64,000 nt of DNA from Candidatus Eiseniibacteriota bacterium (GTDB lineage: Bacteria; Eisenbacteria; RBG-16-71-46; CAVPCR01), in the NCBI GenBank assembly GCA_963702435.1, contig CAVPCR010000004.1, positions 512,001 to 576,000 of the forward strand. The letters run 5' to 3'. Numbering within the stretch: the first letter of the stretch is position 1; each line of letters begins with the position of its first letter. Positions 51,928 to 61,420 of the stretch are shown piece after piece. Both the position numbers and the translations under genes were made by a program. The notes beneath the pieces are model-generated. The model was given only the letters and a program-made list of their open reading frames with translations. It searched no databases and was not told where the DNA came from.

Positions 51928-52062
51928 GTAAGTCGAGGGCTCGAGAGCATCGACGACGTATCATCCGCAGGCGCCCCGCCCCCCCTGGGCGCATCCTCAT
52001 CTCCGTTCCAGAACCAACTGACCGGCCGCGCCCCCGGCCGTCGCCTCCCGGCAGGAGTCCGC

Positions 52063-53862
52063 TTGACGCATCGACGACGCACCCGGCGCTTCATTCTTTC
52101 CGCCGTCGCGCTGGCCCTCACCCTGCTGGCAACCGGGAGCGCCGGAGTGGCCCACGCTCTCTTCCAGGCCGACTTCGAGCAGCGCTGGTTCGCTCATCCC
52201 GGGGGCTTGATCACCGATCACACGCTGATCCGGGACGGGGCCGGCAACTTCCACCTCTTCTATACGGTGGGAATCGCCGGCCAGGGCTGGCCGCAGCCGG
52301 GCAACATGATCGACTTCGGGCATGCGATCTCGAGCGATCTCGTGCACTGGACCCAGGCGCCGCGCGTCCTCCATACGGCGCCGAGCGGCTGGAAGAGCCG
52401 GAACCTGTGGGCTCCGCACGTCATCCCCGCACCGACCGGCGGCTACTACATGTACTACACGGGTGTGGATTCGACGCTGACCCAGGCCGTCGGCGCGGCG
52501 TACTCGCTCGATCTCTACAACTGGATCGATTTCTCGGTGACCGCTCCGGCCTACCATCCCGATCCGTCGTGGTCGGCCTGGCGGCCGGGGATCTGGTCCG
52601 ACGGGCGCGATCCCTTCGCCTTCCGCCTCGGCAACGGCACGGCGGTCCTGGCCACGGCGCTCGCCAGCGACGCGTACACCGGCGTCGGCAATCGCGGGGC
52701 CGTGGCCCTCGGCTACTCGGCGGACGGCGTTCATTTCACCGACGCCGGCGCTCCGTTGTTCATCAACGAGACGAGCCGCGTCCTCGAATCGACGAGCATC
52801 ATCCGGCGGCCGGACCGCTACTTCCTCTTCTTCCACGAGTCGGGGACCCCGGGCATCCGCTACATGCACTCGCCGGCGCTCCTCTCCGGATGGGATCGGG
52901 CGACGACCCAGGTCCTCGATCCGATCGCCTTCGCACCGAGCGAGGTGGTGGCGGCGGGAAGCGCCACGCTCATGGGGCGCTGCTTCGACACCGATCACAC
53001 GGGCACCATCATCTACGGCGCCAAGTTCGACACGCTCCTCTGGGCGAGCAACCACGTCGACTTCGGGAGCAGGAGCACGCTCCACGACGAGTGGACCGCG
53101 GAGGGTGACGCCTTCGAGTACCAGCCCGCCTACGGGGACCAGCCCTTCGTGCGCGGGGCACCCCCGTCCGGCGAGGAAGGCTTCTTCTGGATCAACACCG
53201 CCGAGACCTACACCGGACCGATCCACCACAACGATCCGGCGGCGCCGCCCCAGTACCAGCGCACCGGAGTCCTCCGCTCGCGGCCGTTCGAGGTGACCGG
53301 GGGGTACATGCGCCTCAAGATCGCCGGCGGGTTCGACGTGGATCGCCTCTACGTGGCGCTCGTCGACACGGCCACCGGCGTCGCCTTGCGGCGCGCCACC
53401 GGCAACGACTCGAACCAGCTGGTGACGCGGTTCTTCGACCTGAACGGACTCGCCGGCTACACCTGCCGGATCGAGATCGTGGATAACCGGGTCGACGGAC
53501 CGCACGGCTTCATCGCAGTCGACGGGATCAGAGAGGAGCTCGGCACCCCGCCCGTGGGCGTCGCGCTCGATCCGGCGCCCGCGACGACCCTCGCCCTGGG
53601 CGCGGCCTACCCGAGCCCGGCCCGCGGCCCGGTGGACATCCCGTTCACGCTCGCCCGCGACGGTCGCGTGCGCCTCGCGCTCTACGACGTGAACGGCCGA
53701 CTGCGTCTCCGGCTCCTCGATGCGCCCTTCGCGCGCGGCACGCATCGCACGCGGTGGGACGGCCGCGACACCGCTGGACAGAAAGTGGCGGCGGGGACTT
53801 ATTTCCTGCGGATGGAGACGGCGGGCGACGAGGCCGCGCGCCCGATCACGATCCTCCCGTAG
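52063..53862 (+). CDS. Secreted five-blade beta-propeller glycoside hydrolase (GH32/clan J-like) with beta-sandwich and C-terminal FlgD-Ig/T9SS-like domain
   Basis: Signal peptide; DH..FHLFY, GHAISSDLVHW, LWAP, GRDPF and LES; C-terminal YPSP...LYDVNGR...WDGRD..G.KVAAGTYFLR. Confidence 0.75.
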   Translation: MTHRRRTRRFILSAVALALTLLATGSAGVAHALFQADFEQRWFAHPGGLITDHTLIRDGAGNFHLFYTVGIAGQGWPQPGNMIDFGHAISSDLVHWTQAPRVLHTAPSGWKSRNLWAPHVIPAPTGGYYMYYTGVDSTLTQAVGAAYSLDLYNWIDFSVTAPAYHPDPSWSAWRPGIWSDGRDPFAFRLGNGTAVLATALASDAYTGVGNRGAVALGYSADGVHFTDAGAPLFINETSRVLESTSIIRRPDRYFLFFHESGTPGIRYMHSPALLSGWDRATTQVLDPIAFAPSEVVAAGSATLMGRCFDTDHTGTIIYGAKFDTLLWASNHVDFGSRSTLHDEWTAEGDAFEYQPAYGDQPFVRGAPPSGEEGFFWINTAETYTGPIHHNDPAAPPQYQRTGVLRSRPFEVTGGYMRLKIAGGFDVDRLYVALVDTATGVALRRATGNDSNQLVTRFFDLNGLAGYTCRIEIVDNRVDGPHGFIAVDGIREELGTPPVGVALDPAPATTLALGAAYPSPARGPVDIPFTLARDGRVRLALYDVNGRLRLRLLDAPFARGTHRTRWDGRDTAGQKVAAGTYFLRMETAGDEAARPITILP

Positions 53863-53907
53863 CCGTCCCCCGGTCCGCCGGCTCGGCGGCGGGGCCGGCG
53901 GCGGTCT

Positions 53908-55110
53908 TCACCGGCCGACCCGGCGGCCGGCGATGAGTTCGTTGTAGGTCGCTTCGAGCTGGCGCCCCGCGTGCTCCCACGAGTACTCGGCCACCGCCCG
54001 CTCGCGCAGGGCCTGCCCGCGCGCGGCCCGTTCCGCGGGGTCATCGAGCAACCGCTCGATCTCCGCGGCCAGCGCGCCCGCATCGCCGAACGCAACGTAG
54101 TTCCCGAGATCGCCCAGGATCTCGCGGTTGACCGCCGACCTGAAGACCACGCTGGGCAGCCCGCACGCCATGTAGTTCAAGAGCTTGCCGTTGGCCTCGG
54201 TGATCGAGAGCTTGGCCGAGACCGCGATGTCGCCGAGCCCGAGGTACTCGCCGGCGCGGTCGTAGTCCACGCGCCCGGGGAAGGTCACGTGGTCGCCGAT
54301 GCCGGCGGCGGTCGCCGCCGCGCGGTACGCCTCGACGTTCGGATACCCCATGACGAGGAAGTGCACGTCGCGGCGCCGGGCGAGGATCTCGCGCGCCGCG
54401 GTGAGCAGATGGTCGACGCCCTGGTAGTGGGTGAGGACGCCGAGGAAGACGACGACCCGGCGGTCCGCCGGGATCCCGAGCTCGGCGCGGAGCGCGGGGC
54501 TGCCGAGTCCCGGGCGGAAGCGCTCGGTGTCGACCGCATCGGCGAGGAGCGAAACGCGGGGGGCGCGCGGATGGTGCGCCGCGAGCTCCTCGGCGAAGCG
54601 CGTGGAGCTCGAGACGATGCGGTCGGGAACGCGAGTCAGCCACGATTCGGCGGGACCGAACACGAGCCGTGCGAGCCGCTTCATGACTTCGCCGCGCGCG
54701 TGATCGGCCGCCTCGCCGGCCAGGCTGCCCTGGAAGTCGGCGACCAGGGGCGCCCCGGTGCGCGCCCGCACGAACTGGCCGATGAAGACGCCCTCGTGCA
54801 GGTGGGCATGCACGATGTCTGGGCGGAAGGCCGCTGCCGCCTCGAGGCTCTTCGCGACGAGGAGCAGATCCACGTAGAGCTTGTGCCACGAGGGACCGGG
54901 CGCGAGCTTCCGGTACCAGGGGATCTCGAGCGTGCGCACCGTGCGCACGCCCGGCACGTCGCGCCCGTGATGGTAGGTGGCGACGAGCACGTCGTGACCG
55001 AGGCGCATCAGGATGCGCACTTCCTCCAGGATGCGCACGTGGCACCCGCGGTCGGCGAAGAACGGAGTCGGCGCGATCATGAGCACGCGGAGCGGAGGCG
55101 CGGCGGTCAT
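53908..55110 (-). CDS. GT4 glycosyltransferase
   Basis: IAPTPFFADRG, HAHLHEG, AVDTERF and KLLNYMACGLP. Confidence 0.9.
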   Translation of the reverse strand: MTAAPPLRVLMIAPTPFFADRGCHVRILEEVRILMRLGHDVLVATYHHGRDVPGVRTVRTLEIPWYRKLAPGPSWHKLYVDLLLVAKSLEAAAAFRPDIVHAHLHEGVFIGQFVRARTGAPLVADFQGSLAGEAADHARGEVMKRLARLVFGPAESWLTRVPDRIVSSSTRFAEELAAHHPRAPRVSLLADAVDTERFRPGLGSPALRAELGIPADRRVVVFLGVLTHYQGVDHLLTAAREILARRRDVHFLVMGYPNVEAYRAAATAAGIGDHVTFPGRVDYDRAGEYLGLGDIAVSAKLSITEANGKLLNYMACGLPSVVFRSAVNREILGDLGNYVAFGDAGALAAEIERLLDDPAERAARGQALRERAVAEYSWEHAGRQLEATYNELIAGRRVGR

Positions 55111-56231
55111 TCCTGCTCCGCGCGGCCGCGGGCGGGGGCGGGAGCGGCGGCTTCGCGGGGAGCGGCGGCTCCGGCATCCGGCGCCGCGAACGCGGGGCGT
55201 TTCTCCGGTTCCCACGGTCGCCAGCCGATGAAGCTGGCCTCCCAGGCCATGGCGGCGAGACGCCGCACGTCGTCCGCGCTCAGGTCGAGATGCTCGATGG
55301 CGAGGAGGTACTCGTCCACGAGCGTCGTCCCCGATACGGTCGTGTTGTCAGTGCACAGCGCGCAGCGGATGCCGGCGTCGAGGAACTGGCCGAGCGGATG
55401 AGCGGCAATGGCCGGGACCGCGCCCGTCTGCAGATTCGAGGTGAGGCAGACCTCGATCGCGATGTCGTCCCGGGCGATCCGGCGCATGAGCTCCGGCTCG
55501 CGCGCCGCGGAGACGGCGTGCCCCATCCGGAGCGGGGCGAGATGTTCGATCGCCTCCCAGATGCGCTCCGGTCCCTCGTCCTCGCCCACGTGCACGGTGC
55601 CGTGGAGACCCATCCGCCGGGCGAGCGCGTAGGCCTCGCCGAAGAGCACGGGCGGGAAGGGACGTTCGGCTCCCGCGATGTCGAAGCCGACGACGCCGAC
55701 CTGCTCGTGGAAGTCCTCGCGCTCGCCGGCCACCTCGCGCAGCAGGATGTTCGCCATGTTGCCGCCGTGATTGCGCATGGCGATGACGACGATCCCGACC
55801 TGGAAATCCGGGTGATCGGCGCGGAAGCGGAGGAGGCCCTTGCGCACCGAGTGCAGCACCTGACGCGTGGTGAGGCCGGCGCGGCGGTGGATGATCGGAT
55901 TGAGCCGGAGCTCGAACAGGCGCACCCCGTCCGCGTAGGCGTCCTCGGCGATCTCGAACGCGATCTGCAGCAGATTGTCGTAGAACTGCGTGTACTGGAG
56001 CGGAATGTGAAACTTGTCGAGGTAGTCGAGGAGCGTGCGGTCGCTCGCCGGATCCCAGGCCAGGAAGCGCCGGAAGCCCTCGAAGCCGAGGCCGGGGACG
56101 GCGCGGTAGTACTTCTCCGAGAGCCGCCACAGGGTGAGCGGGCGGATCGAGCCGTCGAAGTGCCGGTGGAGCTCGGCGAGCGGCAGCGTGCGGAGGAAGG
56201 AGATCTGATCGTCGCGGCTCCACTGCTTCAT
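55107..56231 (-). CDS. add: Adenosine deaminase
   Basis: ELHRHFDG, GFDIAGAE, HVGE, RMGH, CLTSN and TDN. Confidence 0.9.
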   Translation of the reverse strand: MKQWSRDDQISFLRTLPLAELHRHFDGSIRPLTLWRLSEKYYRAVPGLGFEGFRRFLAWDPASDRTLLDYLDKFHIPLQYTQFYDNLLQIAFEIAEDAYADGVRLFELRLNPIIHRRAGLTTRQVLHSVRKGLLRFRADHPDFQVGIVVIAMRNHGGNMANILLREVAGEREDFHEQVGVVGFDIAGAERPFPPVLFGEAYALARRMGLHGTVHVGEDEGPERIWEAIEHLAPLRMGHAVSAAREPELMRRIARDDIAIEVCLTSNLQTGAVPAIAAHPLGQFLDAGIRCALCTDNTTVSGTTLVDEYLLAIEHLDLSADDVRRLAAMAWEASFIGWRPWEPEKRPAFAAPDAGAAAPREAAAPAPARGRAEQE

Positions 56232-56238
56232 GGCCCGC

Positions 56239-56267
56239 ATATTGCGGAGGCCGCAGCCGTATGTCAA
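56239..56267 (-). promoter_or_regulatory. Putative leaderless sigma70 promoter of add
   Basis: TTGACA-N17-CAATAT-N7-ATG. Confidence 0.55.
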
Positions 56268-56268
56268 A

Positions 56269-56328
56269 CGGGCTGGGCGTCATGCCCCGGACCCCCCCCG
56301 GGCTGGGCGTCATGCCCCCGGACCCCCG
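56269..56328. repeat. About 30-bp tandem duplication (CGGGCTGGGCGTCATGCCCCGGACCCCC x2)
   Basis: Seen directly. Confidence 0.8.
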
Positions 56329-56413
56329 GTCCGGCGGGCGGGGTTTCACCTGGGCAGCAAGGCTGTGGTGCGCTCCCCGGCCCGCTCCGCGCGGGTCGCC
56401 GGGAGCCCGATTT

Positions 56414-56440
56414 CAACACCAGGCTCGCCAGCGGTGTCTT
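56414..56440 (+). promoter_or_regulatory. Putative ECF-sigma promoter
   Basis: CAAC-N17-TGTCT upstream of the lipoprotein gene. Confidence 0.4.
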
Positions 56441-56577
56441 GCCTCGTGAGAACGGACCATTCCGCCCACGGGTGGCAGCAGCCCTCGACCGGCGGTCCGG
56501 AACTCCCGGTCGAGGCGGCAAGGCCAGGCTTCGGACCATAGCCCGGGGTCCACCCGACCCCGAGGAGGTTTTCACTC

Positions 56578-57492
56578 ATGCATCCCATCCGGCTCCTCTT
56601 GTTCCTCGGTATCACCGGTCTCGTCGCCGCCGGCTGCGGTGACGACGCGGCGAGCCCAGGTGCGGGAAACGACGATCAGCTCGATCAGGAGGCCATCGGT
56701 CTGCTCATGACCGATGCCGGCGACTACTTCGACGGGGGCGAGGCGCTCTCCGACGACCGCGTGACGGTCGGGAGCACGGGCGGCAAGCTCACGCCCGAGG
56801 GCGCCCCGATCGAGTCCTTCTATTTCGTGCGCGAGATCACCGGCCGCGACGTTCACCGCGAGATCGTGATCGATCGCGTCGAGGGCCAGCGCCCGATCGC
56901 CACCGTATCGAGCGAGATCGACCTCCGGGGCATCTTCCACCTGTTCTACGACGATCCCGAGAGCATCTATCTGCCCGGGGTTCTCGACAAGCGGCTGGCG
57001 GCCGAGGCGCGCCACCGCGCCCGCTTCGTCCGTCGCATCGACGCAGATCGGCATCGCGGCTGGCGGCTCGTCGCGGTCTCCGGGGCCGAGATCCTCTCGA
57101 CCCCGACGACCAAGGACATCGTGAGCGTCGAGATCGTCTCGCGCTCGGTCCAGCGCACGATCGACGACCCGTTCGCGCTGGTCCGGCTCGCCGATCTGCC
57201 GACCTTCGCGCCCGGTGAGGAGGTCACGCTGCGCGTCACGACGACGGATGCGGGCGACTACGTCTTCCTGCACACGGGGCTGCTGAAGGATGAGTTCCGT
57301 CCGCTGGGGAACGGGGTGTTCGAGGGAACCTGGCGCGTCGGCGAGCGCCGGGGTCGCCGGCATGTCGGCGTCGACGTGCTCGATGCGGAGACGCTCTTCG
57401 ACGATCAGGCCCCTTACGACTCGGCGATGTGGGTGCTCCACTACCGCGTCGCCGGCGAGGCGGCCGCCGACTTCGAGGATCTGGGCGGATAG
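56578..57492 (+). CDS. Hypothetical lipoprotein
   Basis: Lipobox LVAAGC after a hydrophobic signal; strong GAGGAGG RBS. Confidence 0.8.
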   Translation: MHPIRLLLFLGITGLVAAGCGDDAASPGAGNDDQLDQEAIGLLMTDAGDYFDGGEALSDDRVTVGSTGGKLTPEGAPIESFYFVREITGRDVHREIVIDRVEGQRPIATVSSEIDLRGIFHLFYDDPESIYLPGVLDKRLAAEARHRARFVRRIDADRHRGWRLVAVSGAEILSTPTTKDIVSVEIVSRSVQRTIDDPFALVRLADLPTFAPGEEVTLRVTTTDAGDYVFLHTGLLKDEFRPLGNGVFEGTWRVGERRGRRHVGVDVLDAETLFDDQAPYDSAMWVLHYRVAGEAAADFEDLGG

Positions 57493-57658
57493 GAACGGGC
57501 GATCGCGCCCGGGGGCCTGCCGATCCGGTACGGAGGGCTGCTCGCGGGCGCTCGCTCCCAGCTAGAGCCCCGATGCCGGCCCGAGGGCCGGCCGCCCGTC
57601 GCTTCCCGGGCCCGGAGCCATCGCGGCTCCGGGCCCCTGCCTTCTGTGCACCGCGGAC

Positions 57659-57686
57659 GCAACGCGGATCCCCCGATCCTCGTCTA
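57659..57686 (+). promoter_or_regulatory. Putative ECF-sigma promoter
   Basis: GCAAC-N17-CGTCTA upstream of the DUF4097 gene. Confidence 0.5.
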
Positions 57687-57759
57687 TTGGGAAACCACTC
57701 GCCCCGGCGACGACCCGGGGCACCCGCGCCCAGGTCCCACTGTGTCTTCGAGGTGTGCC

Positions 57760-58995
57760 ATGGACCACTCCGACCTCGCTTCGTGCTCTCCGCGACATCC
57801 CACACCCGGCTCTTCGCGACTTCCCGCCCTTCTCGTCCTCTGTGTCGGGCTGGCGGGTCCGCTTCTCCTGTCCGGCCCCGGCGGCCCGGCGGACGCCCGG
57901 GCCGAGGTGGAGCAGAAGCGCGAGGTCAAGCGCACGTTCGAGGTCCGCGGACCGGTCGCCCTCGAGAACCTGGCCGGCCGGGTCACGGCCAGGCTCGCGC
58001 CCGGCGGCGGCACCGCGACGACGATCACGGCCACGATCCACGCCGCGGCGAAGAACGAGGCCGCGGCCGAGGAGCTCCTTGCTGCTCTCGACCTGCGCCT
58101 GACCGAGGAGAACGGCGGCCTCAAGGTGGAGGCGCGCTATCCGCTCGATCGCCATCGCACCTATCGTTTTCCGGCCGGGATGGACGGGTCCAACACCATC
58201 GAGTCCACGTACGACGGGAAGAAGATCAGGATCACGACCCGCGATGAGGACGATGCGATCGCTCTGTGGGTGGACTTCGATCTCGAGCTGGCCCGCGGCG
58301 TCGGGCTTCGCGGCAAGCAGATGGCGGGAAGCTTCGAGCTGACGGGGATCGACGGGCCGGTGGATCTCGAGAGCAGCTGGGGCGATATGAGCTTCTCCGG
58401 CATGAGCGGCCCGCTCGAGGCCGGCACCGGAGCCGGCCGGCTCAGCGTGAAGGGGCAGCGGGGGGACGTCACTCTGGCCACCGGGTCGGGGGACATCGTC
58501 GTCACCGATGTCACCGGTTCGCTCGTTGCCGAGGCCGGATCCGGCGACGTCAACGTCGACAAGGCCGCCGGTCGCGTGGAGATAGCGACGGGGTCGGGGG
58601 ATGTCGAGGTGCGCGCGGCCGGGGCCGCGGTCAAGGTGGCCACCGGGAGCGGTGACGCCCGGGTCGTGGATGTGCGCGGCCGCGACATCGAGGTGGGCAC
58701 CGGCTCGGGCTCGATCCAGGTCGACAGCCCCGCCCTGTTCAAGGGCCCGGCGCCGGCGCGCGCGAGCCTGGCGACCGGTTCGGGAGACATCATTCTCACG
58801 ATCGACGACGAGGCATCGATGCTTCTCGACTTCGACAGCGGGAACGGCGAGGTCAAGAGCTCGCAGGCGCTCAGCGGCCGGCTCGAGCGCGTGGGCGGCC
58901 GCGATGCACGGCGCTATCAGATCGGGGCGGGCGCGAGCCATGTCGAGGTCGACACCGGCTCGGGCGACGTCGTTCTCCGCCTCGCCGGCGGCTGA
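57760..58995 (+). CDS. DUF4097 (putative adhesin) beta-strand repeat protein
   Basis: Hydrophobic N-terminal segment; repeated TGSGD(I/V) units. Confidence 0.85.
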   Translation: MDHSDLASCSPRHPTPGSSRLPALLVLCVGLAGPLLLSGPGGPADARAEVEQKREVKRTFEVRGPVALENLAGRVTARLAPGGGTATTITATIHAAAKNEAAAEELLAALDLRLTEENGGLKVEARYPLDRHRTYRFPAGMDGSNTIESTYDGKKIRITTRDEDDAIALWVDFDLELARGVGLRGKQMAGSFELTGIDGPVDLESSWGDMSFSGMSGPLEAGTGAGRLSVKGQRGDVTLATGSGDIVVTDVTGSLVAEAGSGDVNVDKAAGRVEIATGSGDVEVRAAGAAVKVATGSGDARVVDVRGRDIEVGTGSGSIQVDSPALFKGPAPARASLATGSGDIILTIDDEASMLLDFDSGNGEVKSSQALSGRLERVGGRDARRYQIGAGASHVEVDTGSGDVVLRLAGG

Positions 58996-59159
58996 TCGCC
59001 GGCGCCAGCCGGAGGCGGCTCACGCGGGGCACCGCTGCGCCGAGCGGGGGCGCGCCGTCCGGACGGTTCACGCAGCGCGCCGCTACGCCGAGCGGTGTCC
59101 GTTCTGGTAGACTCGACCGCGCGTGCCGAGAGACACCCCCGGCCCGTGCCGAATCAGCC

Positions 59160-60005
59160 ATGACCACGCTGTCGCCCCTGACTGTCCTTTCCCGCGACGA
59201 GACCGACCGGGTTCTCGCTTATCTGCTCCGCGAGCCCATCGAGAGCGTCTTCCTGCGCGGTCTGATCATGCGCACCGGGCTCGCACTCGGCCGCCGCTAC
59301 GGGTGCTTCCTCGCCCACCGCAACCCGAACGGCGATCTGGGCGGCATCCTCCTCATGAGCACGCTCGTCGTGCCCTTCGTCACCGATCCCGCGGCGATCG
59401 CCACCTTCGCCGAGGCGCTGCGCGAATCGCCCTATCCGATCCGCAACATCGTCGGGCGCCGCGACACGGTCACGTCCCTGTGGGAGGAGATGCGTCCGTG
59501 GCGGCGGGAGCCGCGGCTCATCCGCCATGCGCAGCCGGTCTACGTCGTGGACCGCTCCACCTTGCGTTACCTGCCCGCGCCGCGACTGCGCATGGCATCG
59601 CTCGGCGACCTCGACCTCCTCGTGAAGGCCGGTGCCGCCATGATGATCGAGGAAGTGGAGGAGGATCCGCTGGCCCAGCGGCCCGAGCTCTACCGGAGCT
59701 TCGTGCGCGATCGCATCCTGCGCGGCGACGAGTACCTGTGGGTCGACGAGCAGGGTCTCTGCTTCAAGTGCAACGTGAGCTCGCGAACGCCGGAGGCAGC
59801 TCAGATCGAGGGTGTGTTCACGCCGCGCGACCGGCGCCGTCACGGATTCGCCGCTCGGGGGCTGAGCGAGGTCTGCTGCCGGCTCCTGCGCGAGATCCCT
59901 CGCCTGTGCCTCTATGTGAACGACTTCAATCTGCCGGCCATCGGGCTGTACGAACGCCTCGGGTTCTACCGGACCTCCGAGTACCAGTCGATCTTCTTCG
60001 AGTGA
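59160..60005 (+). CDS. GNAT acetyltransferase (DUF4081/FR47-like)
   Basis: QIEGVFT...RRHGFA and LYVNDFNLPAIGLYERLGF. Confidence 0.88.
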   Translation: MTTLSPLTVLSRDETDRVLAYLLREPIESVFLRGLIMRTGLALGRRYGCFLAHRNPNGDLGGILLMSTLVVPFVTDPAAIATFAEALRESPYPIRNIVGRRDTVTSLWEEMRPWRREPRLIRHAQPVYVVDRSTLRYLPAPRLRMASLGDLDLLVKAGAAMMIEEVEEDPLAQRPELYRSFVRDRILRGDEYLWVDEQGLCFKCNVSSRTPEAAQIEGVFTPRDRRRHGFAARGLSEVCCRLLREIPRLCLYVNDFNLPAIGLYERLGFYRTSEYQSIFFE

Positions 60006-60074
60006 GCGGTGGACCGATCGCCGCCTGCGGTCGGGTGCTCCGCCTGTCCCCGCGCTCGGCGGTGCGCCGGGTCG

Positions 60075-60149
60075 GATGGGGGAAAGGGCAGGAGCCCGGC
60101 GCTCCCCGCGTGTTTCCCTCGTCGGGCCCCTGCCCCCGGCTTCCCCCGC
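60075..60149 (-). ncRNA. Candidate sigma54-dependent hairpin small RNA
   Basis: Begins at the predicted +1 of a -24/-12 promoter. It has a 13-bp stem (one G-U) plus a 7-bp outer stem, and the loop contains AGGGA and GGGGA. Confidence 0.4.
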
Positions 60150-60159
60150 CCGGGGACGT

Positions 60160-60175
60160 AGCAAGGGACATGCCG
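60160..60175 (-). promoter_or_regulatory. Sigma54 -24/-12 promoter
   Basis: Minus-strand CGGCAT-GTCCC-TTGCT matches TGGCAC-N5-TTGCW with exact GG-N10-GC spacing. Confidence 0.6.
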
Positions 60176-60427
60176 CGGCGGTCCGCCGGCCCGGCAGGCG
60201 GCGTATGCCGCCCTCGCCCCCTCATCTCCGGCTCCCGATGGGCGGCCGGCGGGCGTCGCCCGGCCGACACCTGACCACGACGTCGACACCGATGCTCACG
60301 TCGTGCGCGCTCGGGCGGCGGCGGCGCGGGCCGGCTGCTCGCTGGCTCGCCTCGCCGCGCGCGTGCGACAATGCGGCGTTCGGCGCGGTTGTGCCCGCCT
60401 GGGCTGGATCGACCCGGAGGTTCGTTG

Positions 60428-61420
60428 ATGCCCGTCTCTCCAGTTCGCATCGGACTCGTCGGCACCGGCTCGCATGGCATCCGCTATGCAAAGCACATCG
60501 CCAGGGATATCGCGGAAGCTCGCCTCGTCGCGCTCACGCGCCGCCAGCACGACCTCGGCGTGGCCCAGGCCGCGGAGTTCGGATGCGACTTCGAGCCGAC
60601 CGTCCAGGCGCTCGTTGCCCGTGACGATCTGGATGCCGTCGTCGTGGTCACGCCGCCGGTCGCCCATCTCGAGGTGGTCTCCGCGGCGCTCGCCGCCGGG
60701 AGGGCCGTGCTGGTCGAGAAGCCGATGGTGTCGAGCGTCAAGGAGGGCGAGGAGCTGCGGCAGGCCGCGGCGCGATCCGGGTCGCCCGTCATGGTGGCCC
60801 ACACGCTACGCTACAACACCGTGCTCGGCACCATCCGCGACGAGCTGCCCGCGCTCGGTCGCATCGTGCAGGTGCGGATGTCCCAGCGTCTCGAGCCGAG
60901 CCCGCTCGCCTGGCAGCGTGCGCACCAGGCGGGCGGCGCGGGCTCCATCCTGCTCACCGGAGTGCATCTCTTCGACACGGTGCGCTGGCTCTTCGCCGAC
61001 GAGGTCGCCGCGGTCTTCTGCCGGGCGCGCCGGATCCTGAATCCGGCGCACGAGGACTTCTTCGCCGCCAGTGCCGTGCTCGCGCGCACAGGCATCCACG
61101 CCGACCTCGAGGTGTCGAAGTACACGCAGAGCCGGAGCTGCCGGATCGAGGTGGTCGGGGAGAGCGGCCAGTTCTTCGGGGACTACTGGAACCACCGCCT
61201 GTTCCACACGGGCGGGCGCACCGAGCGGGCCTGGGCGCTGTCTCCCGAGGTCTTCACGATCGAGGCGACTCTCCGCGACTTCTGCCGGCGGCTCATTGAC
61301 GGCCGCCCGATGCCGATCACGGTCGAGGACGGCCTGCGTACGCTCGAGATCGCCGAGGCCTGCTACGCCTCGGCGCGCACCGACAGCATGATCACGCTGC
61401 CCGCAGTCCCCGCCGTGTAG
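60428..61420 (+). CDS. Gfo/Idh/MocA family oxidoreductase
   Basis: GLVGTG, VLVEKP, HTLRY and GVHLFD; GGAGG RBS. Confidence 0.92.
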   Translation: MPVSPVRIGLVGTGSHGIRYAKHIARDIAEARLVALTRRQHDLGVAQAAEFGCDFEPTVQALVARDDLDAVVVVTPPVAHLEVVSAALAAGRAVLVEKPMVSSVKEGEELRQAAARSGSPVMVAHTLRYNTVLGTIRDELPALGRIVQVRMSQRLEPSPLAWQRAHQAGGAGSILLTGVHLFDTVRWLFADEVAAVFCRARRILNPAHEDFFAASAVLARTGIHADLEVSKYTQSRSCRIEVVGESGQFFGDYWNHRLFHTGGRTERAWALSPEVFTIEATLRDFCRRLIDGRPMPITVEDGLRTLEIAEACYASARTDSMITLPAVPAV

